64,000 nucleotides of DNA from the NCBI RefSeq assembly GCF_009914755.1, contig NC_060930.1. The stretch is one strand, 5' to 3'. Below the pieces are notes generated by a model that was given only the letters and a program-made list of their open reading frames with translations, searched no databases and had not been told where the DNA came from. The stretch comes from the human T2T-CHM13v2.0 reference genome, Homo sapiens. The position numbers were made by a program, and so were the translations under genes. Shown here one piece after another: positions 26,965 to 41,876 of the stretch (the first letter of the stretch is position 1; each line of letters begins with the position of its first letter).

Positions 26965-27124
26965 GCATTTGGGTAGTATTCTGGGGTCCGACTATGCGAG
27001 TGTGGTGTCATAGATGACCAAGCTTGGCAGGTTCTTCCTGTGACAGTGGTGGAGTATGTGCCTCGATAACTCTGTCCATTACCATGGTAGCACTCCTGCA
27101 CCCCAGGCCTTTGCTCAGTCGGTG
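26965..27124 (-). CDS. LPA: KIV-2 exon 1, unit 5, subtype A
   Basis: A/T/A haplotype. Confidence 0.96.
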
Positions 27125-28331
27125 CTGAAATGAAAACACGGGAAATCAAGCTGAGTATCTCTGAGCATAGAGAAACATGTGAAGCCATTTGTGACACAAC
27201 CAGAAAGGAGTCTATGAGAATTACGACCGTTCTCTTTTCCTTATCCATAGGCAGATGGATGTGAGAAAACCGACCAACAAACAAACACCAAAGCAACAGA
27301 TTCCTCCCATTCTAGAACTGTAGTAAGTTCTTGGAAATATTTCACCTGACACCTTAGAGAAACACAACAGATCAGATTCCTCATTGGAAAGTGAGCTCAC
27401 GAGGTAGCACCTTTCTAGGAAACTCTACTGAATCTTCATGCAAACGGCACCGCATTTGGCAATGCGGGCTGCAGGTGGTAATTGGCTGTCGGGGGCAGAG
27501 TTTGGGACAGACATGGAAATTTTGCATGTTTCCCTAGACCGTTGATCATGAAAGCCAAGGCCTTTGGCTTCCGGGCCATGGGGCAGAAAACGGTCCTATG
27601 TATCTGACTGAAGACAAAGACACTTTGCTTCTCAGGGATGTGTGCACGCCAAAAGCTTCTTCCCTTGGAGGAGAGAGGGAATCCTCTCATGCCCTGCATC
27701 CTGAATTGTAGTAAAGTAGGAGTCTACTACTCTTTCTCTCTAGACCCCTCACAGGTACAAGTGTCATCAGAAAGAGGTTTAAGAATACTGAGAAATCACT
27801 CCCTTCAAAGCCTAGGGCTGAAGAGCCTTAGAGCACTGGGAGCTCATGTACTGCTCCATAGACCCAGGGCCACATGGAATCAATGCAGCCCTGTTAGGTT
27901 TCTCGAGGGTGACAGGCTCCAGAGCCACATTTCTCAGAATCTGCAATGCTGAAGATTGCTCTGAATGCTGGCTACTTGAAGAAATCCCCGGAAAAGCTTA
28001 CTGGCTTGGAAAGAGTGACACACCTGACAGCATGTTACAATAAAAATTTTGGCTGGGACACTGAGGTAGCCCGTTTTACAACAAGGTGAATTTTGAAGTC
28101 GATCCCCCTGGAGGGTTTGTGCCCATCCTAAAGACAAAGCCCAACCACGTTGCACCAGAAATCACTCCGCTGGCTCCCCCAGAGAGTGCACGGAGGCTTC
28201 CTCCTACATGGTAGAACTCAGGCAACACTCGAGCATCCGTTTACCATTGAAGGCGGCTGCATCAGTGGGAATTTCCATGGCTTTTCATCCCAGCATCGAA
28301 GCGTGTAGATGTCTGGCCACAGACTCCTTAC

Positions 28332-28513
28332 CTTGTTCGGAAGGAGCCTCTAGGCTTGGAACCGGGGTAACAGTCGGAGGCGCGACGGCAGTCCCTTCTG
28401 CGTCTGAGCATTGCGTCAGGTTGCAGTACTCCCACCTGACACCGGGATCCCTCGTATAACAATAAGGAGCTGCCACAGCATCTGGATTCCTGCAGTAGTT
28501 CATGATCAAGCCA
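28332..28513 (-). CDS. LPA: KIV-2 exon 2, unit 6
   Basis: Same exon, AG/GT boundaries. Confidence 0.97.
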
Positions 28514-30748
28514 CTGGAAATTCCAAAACGATACACGTCACAAGAGGTGGGACAACATGCAGGGGCACCCCACACTCTCTCCTTTGTGCTGCAACAAGGT
28601 CATTACCGGTGCCTTTCTAATATTCCCATTAAAAGTACCATATGATTGCCACCAGCAAAAATGGCTCTCGATCACTAATCCTCTCTGCACATCTCTCATA
28701 CTTAATAGATTATTACTATTTTTTTTAAATAAAAAATCTAAAGTAGCAAACGCTTCTTAGAAACACTGAGATAACACACACACGTGGCCGAAAAACGATC
28801 AGAGTATTCTCCTTCTGCCTTCTGCCCAATCCATCTCTCTGGAATAACTGGTATGGGTTTTGACGTCTGTATTGTGGGATTGTGTATTCACATGCAAATG
28901 CATCTGTATCTGTCTAGTCTCCGTATCTCTCTCGGTAGGACTTCATATTCTAATGTGGGAGTTGCAACGAACATGTAGTTCTTCAGAAAACGCACGTCAT
29001 CCAGGAGGATAGCCGTTCCAGGTCAACCCTCACACTCTATGTACTCAATACGTAGTGAAAAGGCTCTACCTTTCCCACAGAAAAGCATTTTGCAAATAGT
29101 ATTACTGTCTGTCAGGTTTAGTAGGTTTGTTTCTCCAAGACTTCTCAAAGCTGCCCTGGAAAACTTGCTCCCAGGCAGGATGCAGTATCTCTAGAAGGGG
29201 TTCCTAGGCAGGTCCTTCTCTCCTGCTCTCAGTCTACCCTCTGCTGGCCGCAGCTACTCCGGGACTGAGGGAAAGGGGGATGAGTTGAAAGAACAGTGGG
29301 ACCCATGGCATAAAGGAAGACGGCAGGGTGGACTAAGAGATCTGAAGAGGTCGGACAGCTACGGAGCAGCAGAGAAAAATGCATTAGGGGGCAAAGCAGG
29401 CGAGTAGTTTGGGCTGCGGGGATCTTGAAGCATTCGCTCTTCCTTATGCCTCCCAAGAACGTTGCTCCAACCTCCCAGTATCCTCACATTCATGACCTCT
29501 GGCTGCCTGAGAAAATGGGAAATGTATTATGGGCCATGGGGTTCCAACACTGTCTCTCTAGAGACTCTAGACTTGTGGCCTAGTCTCAACCCCAGACCCT
29601 CCATTCCAGGAAGCTGGTTCAATGAGCAACTGGATGTATAAGAGCCTGAGCTCTTGAAAGACTTCTAGTTCTTCCTTGGCTTCCCTCTTTTGAATGCATG
29701 GACTATTCTTATTATACCAAAAACCTCAGAGTTCAAACCTTTGTGATTGCTCTAGGATTTGCAATATCCCTTCGAACCCGCACAGTACCCTTTTATTAAT
29801 ATGACACACCATCGTGCATGAGGTAAAGAAACTTACAACGGTACACTTCGAATTAATCCCTTCGTGATTTATGCTACCATTTCAAATTCTTACCTCTACA
29901 TATGCTGAAGTTAAATATCTTGCTATCATTTTGTTTCAAGTAGTCAACTCTCATTTACAAAGATATAGAAATTTGATCAAGAAAATATTTTGCATTTACA
30001 TCTATCTACATTTGCCAATTGCTGGATTCTTCATTACGTGGGCTGCAGAAAGTTCCTTTCTTGTTCAATTCTTCTTCTACCTAATTCCTTCGGGTCACCT
30101 CTCTTGTTACATAAGCCTGCTGATTTCCAATTCTTACAGTTTCCGGTTTCTTTCTTTGGGGCAGTGCACAATATGCATTTATCCGACATGGATGATCTTC
30201 AAGGCATTTTATTGCTGGATTCAGCATTCCCGGTTGATCTCTTTTTGTTCCTGATTATCATTTTAACAATATTCCCTGGTATCTGGCTTCCAGTGTTTCT
30301 GAGGTGAACACATTGGCAATTTGTATCAGTGTACTTGTAGGAAGACACAGCTCTTTTTCCTCCAGTTTCTCGTGACAGGTTTCTTCTTATTACATCTTTG
30401 CCTTGTTACCTTCGAACTGTGATGTACAAAAGTACATCATACAGGTTGGGTTTTTTTTCCGAAATTCCCTATGTGATCCCTTGAGTTTCACGATTCTGTG
30501 ATTTTTTTTAATGTTCTTCGTAATTGAAAAGTTATCAGCCATCCTTGATTCCGGTATTTGTTTCTATTCCAAACTCCCTTGCTCTTTACTGTGACTTGCT
30601 TCCCACATGCAGGAAATCTTTTCATATTTTCCTACATGTCTGTGAGGCTCGCTTAATTTTATATTTCACTGTTTCTTCAGGGGTGCGCGTGTCTGTGTGT
30701 GTTAGAACTTGTGAGTTTCTGCGTGTGTGTGAGTATGGGTGTGTTTTC

Positions 30749-30779
<31 letters not shown>

Positions 30780-32508
30780 AGCTCATTCTGTAGGTTCTCT
30801 AGAATTGTGTGTTGGGTAATGTTTTCCTCTGAAACGTCTAAATTGATCAGCCGGCCATACAGTAATTTTTTTCAATTAAGACATACTTTTTTTATACTAC
30901 CTCTTTAATTTAATTTGGCTATTCTGTACTGTTAATTTCTCTTGATATGATATCTGCTTTCTTGCATGTTGTTTTTTTAAATATTTGAAATCAGTTATCA
31001 TACTGATATGTCAAATTTTCACGCAATTCTAATCATTTCTCTCATTCCTGAGCCTGTTTGTATTACCCGATTTATTTCCTGGTCATGGGTCACACGAAAC
31101 GCTTTTCTACATGTAGTCAGATTTTAAATTTAGGACTCACTCTGCGGATACCGCATAGCTGAGGCAATCGACTTTGTTGTTTACTTCTAAAGAGAGTTGA
31201 GATTTCCTCTCACAGGCACTTCATTGATTGGAAACCGATTTGATGCTTGGACACTTGCTTTCCAGCTGTGCAAGGGGTTGTCTGCAGCTGACTTTATTCT
31301 AGTAATATACTAAGTGTACCTTTAAATTACGGCTGTTCTGGGGTCTCCACTGAATTGGCAATGTGCTCCGTGAGGACTCTCTGGTCTAGCTGGGAAGAAC
31401 TCCAGTATCCCAGAGTGCTATGTGATCTCTCTCTTCTTTATTGAGCTTCCTGTGCTCTTGTACTTGCTGTTTCTCAGTAAATGTTCTTTGCCACACTTTC
31501 TCGTGGAACCATTTCCTGTGCACAGGCAGCGTCATGTCAGGCCAACGACTGGAGGAGACTTCTATGCGTATTTGTAGAGCTCTTTTCCTCCACAAACCAG
31601 TTCTTATTTCTAGCAGACCTAGAAAAATTTCAGCTACCACAGTCATCCCAAACTCCAATCCCTCTCCTCCATTCAGCAAGATGGCTACAGTCTGCTTGGG
31701 CTCCATCTCCTTGCTATTCAGTGCAGGAAGGGTATCCAGGAAGAAAGCCAAGGCATCTGCGGAGTGGAGCCCATCATTGCCCCTCTCTCAATTCTCTAGG
31801 TCCTCTACCATCTGTTGTCCCACATGTAGAAACCATTTTTCCATGTCTCTGGTAGTCGCTTGTGGCCAAAATATTGGCCATTGGGTGGTCAGACCCGGGC
31901 TTCTCTCCATCCACCCATCCCTTTTACTTTTCAGCATCCCTCTCTGTGCTGACTCTCATCTGCCTTCCTTCCTTGGATCTTCTCTTGCTGGGAACCTGTA
32001 TCCCTTCAGGCCACTGGTACTTAGGAACGAGTGTTTTTCTGACAATCGGAATATACGTAGATATAGAAACAGATCAATTCACCTGTCCATAAATAAGCAC
32101 CTATTCTTTCCTCTTGAACCCAGAGAGAAAAGGCAAACGCAACCTTCCCTTCAGGAAGTGGAAGCCAGAATAACGGAATTCCAACTGGAAAGTCTCCATT
32201 GACGTTTAGTTGGTGTTGTGGAAGGGTAATCTAAGTGTCTGGTCCTTTGTCATTCTGACTTTCTTCATAATGTGATCTCCTCACCTCCAGATTTCCCTTC
32301 TGCTCAATAGAACTAGGAGGAAGGAGAGGGAGCTTAACATTTCCCTTCTCTCAGACCCTTAGCTCCAAGGCAATCATCCTGAGACATTTTGCTACGCCAT
32401 CTGCATCTGTCACAAGTTGAGTTCGGAGAACTCAGCTTGAGACACATCTCTTGTAACAGAAACTTCACTTGGCCCTTTCTTCTCTTATGGTAAAGAACAA
32501 AGACATAC

Positions 32509-32668
32509 GCATTTGGGTAGTATTCTGGGGTCCGACTATGCGAGTGTGGTGTCATAGATGACCAAGCTTGGCAGGTTCTTCCAGTGACAGTGGTGGAGTA
32601 TGTGCCTCGATAACTCTGTCCATTACCGTGGTAGCACTCCTGCACCCCAGGCCTCTGCTCAGTCGGTG
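32509..32668 (-). CDS. LPA: KIV-2 exon 1, unit 6, subtype B
   Basis: G/C/T haplotype (ccagtgac, accgtgg, cctctgct). Confidence 0.96.
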
Positions 32669-33878
32669 CTGAAATGAAAACACAAGAAATAAACTGAGTA
32701 TCTCTGAGAATAACGAAATATGTGAAGCCATTTATGACACAACCAGAAAGGAGTCTATGAGAATTACGAACGTTATCTTTCCCTTACCTGTAGGCAGATG
32801 GATGGGAGAAAACCAACCAAAAAACATACAGCAAACCTACAGATTCCTACCAATCTAGAACTGTAGTAAGTTCTAGGAAATATTTCACCTGAAATCCTTA
32901 GAAAAACAGAACAGAACAGACTCCTTCTCACTGCAAAGTGCGCTCACGAAGTAGCACCTTTCTATGAAACTCTACTGAATGTTCATACAAAGGGCACTGC
33001 ATTTGGCAATGCAGGATGCAGGTGGTAATTGGCTGTCGAGGGCAGAGGAGGGGAAAGACATGGAAATTTTGCATGTTTCCCTAGATCGTTGATCATGAAA
33101 GCCAAGGCCTCTGGCTTCCAGGCCATGGGGCAGAAAACGATCCTATATATCTGACTGAAGGCAAAGACACTTTGCTTCTCAAGGATGTGTGCACGCCAAA
33201 ACCTTCTTCCCTTGGAGGAGGGAGGGAATCTTCTCATGCCCTGCATCCTGAATTGCAGTAAAGGAGAAGTCTACTAACCTTTCTCTCTAGACCCCTCACA
33301 GGTACAAGTGCCATCAGAAAGAGGTTTAAGAACACTGAGAAATCACTCCCTTCAAAGCCTAGGACTGAAGAGCCTTAGAGCATTGGGAGCTCATATACTG
33401 CTCCATAGACCCAGGACCATATGGAATTAATGCAGCCCTGTTAGGTTTCTCGAGGATGACAGGCTCCAGAGCCACATTTTTTGAAATCTGCAATGCTGAA
33501 GATTGCACTGACTGCTGGCTACTTGAAGAAATCCCCAGAAAAGCTTACTGCGACAGAAAGAATCACACACCTGACAGCACGTTACAATAAAAATTTTGGC
33601 TAAGACACTGAGATAGCCCATTTTAGAAGGAGGTGAGTTGTGAAGCCCATCACCCTGGAAGGTTTGTGCCCATTCTAAAGACAAAGCCCACCCAAGTTGC
33701 ACCAGAAATCACTCCGCTGGCTCCCCCAGAGAGTACACGGAGGCTTCCCCCAACATGGCAGAACTCCGGCAACACTCGAGCATCCGTTTACCATTGAAGG
33801 CGGCTGCATCAGTGGGAATTTCCATGGCTTTTCATCCCAGCATCGAAGCGTGTAGATGTCTGGCCACAGACTCCTTAC

Positions 33879-34060
33879 CTTGTTCGGAAGGAGCCTCTAG
33901 GCTTGGAACCGGGGTAACAGTCGGAGGCGCGACGGCAGTCCCTTCTGCGTCTGAGCATTGCGTCAGGTTGCAGTACTCCCACCTGACACCGGGATCCCTC
34001 GTATAACAATAAGGAGCTGCCACAGCATCTGGATTCCTGCAGTAGTTCATGATCAAGCCA
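33879..34060 (-). CDS. LPA: KIV-2 exon 2, unit 7
   Basis: Same exon, AG/GT boundaries. Confidence 0.97.
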
Positions 34061-36295
34061 CTGGAAATTCCAAAACGATACACGTCACAAGAGGTGGGAC
34101 AACATGCAGGGGCACCCCACACTCTCTCCTTTGTGCTGCAACAAGGTCATTACCGGTGCCTTTCTAATATTCCCATTAAAAGTACCATATGATTGCCACC
34201 AGCAAAAATGGCTCTCGATCACTAATCCTCTCTGCACATCTCTCATACTTAATAGATTATTACTATTTTTTTTAAATAAAAAATCTAAAGTAGCAAACGC
34301 TTCTTAGAAACACTGAGATAACACACACACGTGGCCGAAAAACGATCAGAGTATTCTCCTTCTGCCTCCTACCCAATCCATCTCTCTGGAATAACTGGTA
34401 TGGGTTTTGACGTCTGTATTGTGGGATTGTGTATTCACATGCAAATGCATCTGTATCTGTCTAGTCTCCGTATCTCTCTCGGTAGGACTTCATATTCTAA
34501 TGTGGGAGTTGCAACGAACATGTAGTTCTTCAGAAAACACACGTCATCCAGGAGGATAGCCGTTCCAGGTCAACCCTCACACTCTATGTACTCAATACGT
34601 AGTGAAAAGGCTCTACCTTTCCCACAGAAAAGCATTGTGCAAATAGTATTACTGTCTGTCAGGTTTAGTAGGTTTGTTTCTCCAAGACTTCTCAAAGCTG
34701 CCCTGGAAAACTTGCTCCCAGGCAGGATGCAGTATCTCTAGAAGGGGTTCCTAGGCAGGTCCTTCTCTCCTGCTCTCAGTCTACCCTCTGCTGGCCGCAG
34801 CTACTCCGGGACTGAGGGAAAGGGGGATGAGTTGAAAGAACAGTGGGACCCATGGCATAAAGGAAGACGGCAGGGTGGACTAAGAGATCTGAAGAGGTCG
34901 GACAGCTACGGAGCAGCAGAGAAAAATGCATTAGGGGGCAAAGCAGGCGAGTAGTTTGGGCTGCGGGGATCTTGAAGCATTCGCTCTTCCTTATGCCTCC
35001 CAAGAACGTTGCTCCAACCTCCCAGTATCCTCACATTCATGACCTCTGGCTGCCTGAGAAAATGGGAAATGTATTATGGGCCATGGGGTTCCAACACTGT
35101 CTCTCTAGAGACTCTAGACTTGTGGCCTAGTCTCAACCCCAGACCCTCCATTCCAGGAAGCTGGTTCAATGAGCAACTGGATGTATAAGAGCCTGAGCTC
35201 TTGAAAGACTTCTAGTTCTTCCTTGGCTTCCCTCTTTTGAATGCATGGACTATTCTTATTATACCAAAAACCTCAGAGTTCAAACCTTTGTGATTGCTCT
35301 AGGATTTGCAATATCCCTTCGAACCCGCACAGTACCCTTTTATTAATATGACACACCATCGTGCATGAGGTAAAGAAACTTACAACGGTACACTTCGAAT
35401 TAATCCCTTCGTGATTTATGCTACCATTTCAAATTCTTACCTCTACATATGCTGAAGTTAAATATCTTGCTATCATTTTGTTTCAAGTAGTCAACTCTCA
35501 TTTACAAAGATATAGAAATTTGATCAAGAAAATATTTTGCATTTACATCTATCTACATTTGCCAATTGCTGGATTCTTCATTACGTGGGCTGCAGAAAGT
35601 TCCTTTCTTGTTCAATTCTTCTTCTACCTAATTCCTTCGGGTCACCTCTCTTGTTACATAAGCCTGCTGATTTCCAATTCTTACAGTTTCCGGTTTCTTT
35701 CTTTGGGGCAGTGCACAATATGCATTTATCCGACATGGATGATCTTCAAGGCATTTTATTGCTGGATTCAGCATTCCCGGTTGATCTCTTTTTGTTCCTG
35801 ATTATCATTTTAACAATATTCCCTGGTATCTGGCTTCCAGTGTTTCTGAGGTGAACACATTGGCAATTTGTATCAGTGTACTTGTAGGAAGACACAGCTC
35901 TTTTTCCTCCAGTTTCTCGTGACAGGTTTCTTCTTATTATATCTTTGCCTTGTTACCTTCGAACTGTGATGTACAAAAGTACATCATACAGGTTGGGTTT
36001 TTTTTCCGAAATTCCCTATGTGATCCCTTGAGTTTCACGATTCTGTGATTTTTTTTAATGTTCTTCGTAATTGAAAAGTTATCAGCCATCCTTGATTCCG
36101 GTATTTGTTTCTATTCCAAACTCCCTTGCTCTTTACTGTGACTTGCTTCCCACATGCAGGAAATCTTTTCATATTTTCCTACATGTCTGTGAGGCTCGCT
36201 TAATTTTATATTTCACTGTTTCTTCAGGGGTGCGCGTGTCTGTGTGTGTTAGAACTTGTGAGTTTCTGCGTGTGTGTGAGTATGGGTGTGTTTTC

Positions 36296-36326
<31 letters not shown>

Positions 36327-38055
36327 AGCTCATTCTGTAGGTTCTCTAGAATTGTGTGTTGGGTAATGTTTTCCTCTGAAACGTCTAAATTGATCAGCCG
36401 GCCATACAGTAATTTTTTTCAATTAAGACATACTTTTTTTATACTAGCTCTTTAATTTAATTTGTCTATTCTGTACTGTTAATTTCTCTTGATATGATAT
36501 CTGCTTTCTTGCATGTTGTTTTTTTAAATATTTGAAATCAGTTATCATACTGATATGTCAAATTTTCACGCAATTCTAATCATTTCTCTCATTCCTGAGC
36601 CTGTTTGTATTACCCGATTTATTTCCTGGTCATGGGTCACACGAAACGCTTTTCTACATGTAGTCAGATTTTAAATTTAGGACTCACTCTGTGGATACCG
36701 CATAGCTGAGGCAATCGACTTTGTTGTTTACTTCTAAAGAGAGTTGAGATTTCCTCTCACAGGCACTTCATTGATTGGAAACCGATTTGATGCTTGGACA
36801 CTTGCTTTCCAGCTGTGCAAGGGGTTGTCTGCAGCTGACTTTATTCTAGTAATATACTAAGTGTACCTTTAAATTACGGCTGTTCTGGGGTCTCCACTGA
36901 ATTGGCAATGTGCTCCGTGAGGACTCTCTGGTCTAGCTGGGAAGAACTCCAGTATCCCAGAGTGCTATGTGATCTCTCTCTTCTTTATTGAGCTTCCTGT
37001 GCTCTTGTACTTGCTGTTTCTCAGTAAATGTTCTTTGCCACACTTTCTCGTGGAACCATTTCCTGTGCACAGGCAGCGTCATGTCAGGCCAACGACTGGA
37101 GGAGACTTCTATGCGTATTTGTAGAGCTCTTTTCCTCCACAAACCAGTTCTTATTTCTAGCAGACCTAGAAAAATTTCAGCTACCACAGTCATCCCAAAC
37201 TCCAATCCCTCTCCTCCATTCAGCAAGATGGCTACAGTCTGCTTGGGCTCCATCTCCTTGCTATTCAGTGCAGGAAGGGTATCCAGGAAGAAAGCCAAGG
37301 CATCTGCGGAGTGGAGCCCATCATTGCCCCTCTCTCAATTCTCTAGGTCCTCTACCATCTGTTGTCCCACATGTAGAAACCATTTTTCCATGTCTCTGGT
37401 AGTCGCTTGTGGCCAAAATATTGGCCATTGGGTGGTCAGACCCGGGCTTCTCTCCATCCACCCATCCCTTTTACTTTTCAGCATCCCTCTCTGTGCTGAC
37501 TCTCATCTGCCTTCCTTCCTTGGATCTTCTCTTGCTGGGAACCTGTATCCCTTCAGGCCACTGGTACTTAGGAACGAGTGTTTTTCTGACAATCGGAATA
37601 TACGTAGATATAGAAACAGATCAATTCACCTGTCCATAAATAAGCACCTATTCTTTCCTCTTGAACCCAGAGAGAAAAGGCAAACGCAACCTTCCCTTCA
37701 GGAAGTGGAAGCCAGAATAACGGAATTCCAACTGGAAAGTCTCCATTGACGTTTAGTTGGTGTTGTGGAAGGGTAATCTAAGTGTCTGGTCCTTTGTCAT
37801 TCTGACTTTCTTCATAATGTGATCTCCTCACCTCCAGATTTCCCTTCTGCTCAATAGAACTAGGAGGAAGGAGAGGGAGCTTAACATTTCCCTTCTCTCA
37901 GACCCTTAGCTCCAAGGCAATCATCCTGAGACATTTTGCTACGCCATCTGCATCTGTCACAAGTTGAGTTCGGAGAACTCAGCTTGAGACACATCTCTTG
38001 TAACAGAAACTTCACTTGGCCCTTTCTTCTCTTATGGTAAAGAACAAAGACATAC

Positions 38056-38215
38056 GCATTTGGGTAGTATTCTGGGGTCCGACTATGCGAGTGTGGTGTC
38101 ATAGATGACCAAGCTTGGCAGGTTCTTCCTGTGACAGTGGTGGAGTATGTGCCTCGATAACTCTGTCCATTACCATGGTAGCACTCCTGCACCCCAGGCC
38201 TTTGCTCAGTCGGTG
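38056..38215 (-). CDS. LPA: KIV-2 exon 1, unit 7, subtype A
   Basis: A/T/A haplotype. Confidence 0.96.
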
Positions 38216-39422
38216 CTGAAATGAAAACACGGGAAATCAAGCTGAGTATCTCTGAGCATAGAGAAACATGTGAAGCCATTTGTGACACAACCAGAAAGGA
38301 GTCTATGAGAATTACGACCGTTCTCTTTTCCTTATCCATAGGCAGATGGATGTGAGAAAACCGACCAACAAACAAACACCAAAGCAACAGATTCCTCCCA
38401 TTCTAGAACTGTAGTAAGTTCTTGGAAATATTTCACCTGACACCTTAGAGAAACACAACAGATCAGATTCCTCATTGGAAAGTGAGCTCACGAGGTAGCA
38501 CCTTTCTAGGAAACTCTACTGAATCTTCATGCAAACGGCACCGCATTTGGCAATGCGGGCTGCAGGTGGTAATTGGCTGTCGGGGGCAGAGTTTGGGACA
38601 GACATGGAAATTTTGCATGTTTCCCTAGACCGTTGATCATGAAAGCCAAGGCCTTTGGCTTCCGGGCCATGGGGCAGAAAACGGTCCTATGTATCTGACT
38701 GAAGACAAAGACACTTTGCTTCTCAGGGATGTGTGCACGCCAAAAGCTTCTTCCCTTGGAGGAGAGAGGGAATCCTCTCATGCCCTGCATCCTGAATTGT
38801 AGTAAAGTAGGAGTCTACTACTCTTTCTCTCTAGACCCCTCACAGGTACAAGTGTCATCAGAAAGAGGTTTAAGAATACTGAGAAATCACTCCCTTCAAA
38901 GCCTAGGGCTGAAGAGCCTTAGAGCACTGGGAGCTCATGTACTGCTCCATAGACCCAGGGCCACATGGAATCAATGCAGCCCTCTTAGGTTTCTCGAGGG
39001 TGACAGGCTCCAGAGCCACATTTCTCAGAATCTGCAATGCTGAAGATTGCTCTGAATGCTGGCTACTTGAAGAAATCCCCGGAAAAGCTTACTGGCTTGG
39101 AAAGAGTGACACACCTGACAGCATGTTACAATAAAAATTTTGGCTGGGACACTGAGGTAGCCCGTTTTACAACAAGGTGAATTTTGAAGTCGATCCCCCT
39201 GGAGGGTTTGTGCCCATCCTAAAGACAAAGCCCAACCACGTTGCACCAGAAATCACTCCGCTGGCTCCCCCAGAGAGTGCACGGAGGCTTCCTCCTACAT
39301 GGTAGAACTCAGGCAACACTCGAGCATCCGTTTACCATTGAAGGCGGCTGCATCAGTGGGAATTTCCATGGCTTTTCATCCCAGCATCGAAGCGTGTAGA
39401 TGTCTGGCCACAGACTCCTTAC

Positions 39423-39604
39423 CTTGTTCGGAAGGAGCCTCTAGGCTTGGAACCGGGGTAACAGTCGGAGGCGCGACGGCAGTCCCTTCTGCGTCTGAGC
39501 ATTGCGTCAGGTTGCAGTACTCCCACCTGACACCGGGATCCCTCGTATAACAATAAGGAGCTGCCACAGCATCTGGATTCCTGCAGTAGTTCATGATCAA
39601 GCCA
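39423..39604 (-). CDS. LPA: KIV-2 exon 2, unit 8
   Basis: Same exon, AG/GT boundaries. Confidence 0.97.
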
Positions 39605-41838
39605 CTGGAAATTCCAAAACGATACACGTCACAAGAGGTGGGACAACATGCAGGGGCACCCCACACTCTCTCCTTTGTGCTGCAACAAGGTCATTACCGG
39701 TGCCTTTCTAATATTCCCATTAAAAGTACCATATGATTGCCACCAGCAAAAATGGCTCTCGATCACTAATCCTCTCTGCACATCTCTCATACTTAATAGA
39801 TTATTACTATTTTTTTTAAATAAAAAATCTAAAGTAGCAAACGCTTCTTAGAAACACTGAGATAACACACACACGTGGCCGAAAAACGATCAGAGTATTC
39901 TCCTTCTGCCTTCTGCCCAATCCATCTCTCTGGAATAACTGGTATGGGTTTTGACGTCTGTATTGTGGGATTGTGTATTCACATGCAAATGCATCTGTAT
40001 CTGTCTAGTCTCCGTATCTCTCTCGGTAGGACTTCATATTCTAATGTGGGAGTTGCAACGAACATGTAGTTCTTCAGAAAACACACGTCATCCAGGAGGA
40101 TAGCCGTTCCAGGTCAACCCTCACACTCTATGTACTCAATACGTAGTGAAAAGGCTCTACCTTTCCCACAGAAAAGCATTGTGCAAATAGTATTACTGTC
40201 TGTCAGGTTTAGTAGGTTTGTTTCTCCAAGACTTCTCAAAGCTGCCCTGGAAAACTTGCTCCCAGGCAGGATGCAGTATCTCTAGAAGGGGTTCCTAGGC
40301 AGGTCCTTCTCTCCTGCTCTCAGTCTACCCTCTGCTGGCCGCAGCTACTCCGGGACTGAGGGAAAGGGGGATGAGTTGAAAGAACAGTGGGACCCATGGC
40401 ATAAAGGAAGACGGCAGGGTGGACTAAGAGATCTGAAGAGGTCGGACAGCTACGGAGCAGCAGAGAAAAATGCATTAGGGGGCAAAGCAGGCGAGTAGTT
40501 TGGGCTGCGGGGATCTTGAAGCATTCGCTCTTCCTTATGCCTCCCAAGAACGTTGCTCCAACCTCCCAGTATCCTCACATTCATGACCTCTGGCTGCCTG
40601 AGAAAATGGGAAATGTATTATGGGCCATGGGGTTCCAACACTGTCTCTCTAGAGACTCTAGACTTGTGGCCTAGTCTCAACCCCAGACCCTCCATTCCAG
40701 GAAGCTGGTTCAATGAGCAACTGGATGTATAAGAGCCTGAGCTCTTGAAAGACTTCTAGTTCTTCCTTGGCTTCCCTCTTTTGAATGCATGGACTATTCT
40801 TATTATACCAAAAACCTCAGAGTTCAAACCTTTGTGATTGCTCTAGGATTTGCAATATCCCTTCGAACCCGCACAGTACCCTTTTATTAATATGACACAC
40901 CATCGTGCATGAGGTAAAGAAACTTACAACGGTACACTTCGAATTAATCCCTTCGTGATTTATGCTACCATTTCAAATTCTTACCTCTACATATGCTGAA
41001 GTTAAATATCTTGCTATCATTTTGTTTCAAGTAGTCAACTCTCATTTACAAAGATATAGAAATTTGATCAAGAAAATATTTTGCATTTACATCTATCTAC
41101 ATTTGCCAATTGCTGGATTCTTCATTACGTGGGCTGCAGAAAGTTCCTTTCTTGTTCAATTCTTCTTCTACCTAATTCCTTCGGGTCACCTCTCTTGTTA
41201 CATAAGCCTGCTGATTTCCAATTCTTACAGTTTCCGGTTTCTTTCTTTGGGGCAGTGCACAATATGCATTTATCCGACATGGATGATCTTCAAGGCATTT
41301 TATTGCTGGATTCAGCATTCCCGGTTGATCTCTTTTTGTTCCTGATTATCATTTTAACAACATTCCCTGGTATCTGGCTTCCAGTGTTTCTGAGGTGAAC
41401 ACATTGGCAATTTGTATCAGTGTACTTGTAGGAAGACACAGCTCTTTTTCCTCCAGTTTCTCGTGACAGGTTTCTTCTTATTATATCTTTGCCTTGTTAC
41501 CTTCGAACTGTGATGTACAAAAGTACATCATACAGGTTGGGTTTTTTTTCCGAAATTCCCTATATGATCCCTTGAGTTTCACGATTCTGTGATTTTTTTT
41601 AATGTTCTTCGTAATTGAAAAGTTATCAGCCATCCTTGATTCCGGTATTTGTTTCTATTCCAAACTCCCTTGCTCTTTACTGTGACTTGCTTCCCACATG
41701 CAGGAAATCTTTTCATATTTTCCTACATGTCTGTGAGGCTCGCTTAATTTTATATTTCACTGTTTCTTCAGGGGTGCGCGTGTCTGTGTGTGTTAGAACT
41801 TGTGAGTTTCTGCGTGTGTGTGAGTATGGGTGTGTTTT

Positions 41839-41876
<38 letters not shown>

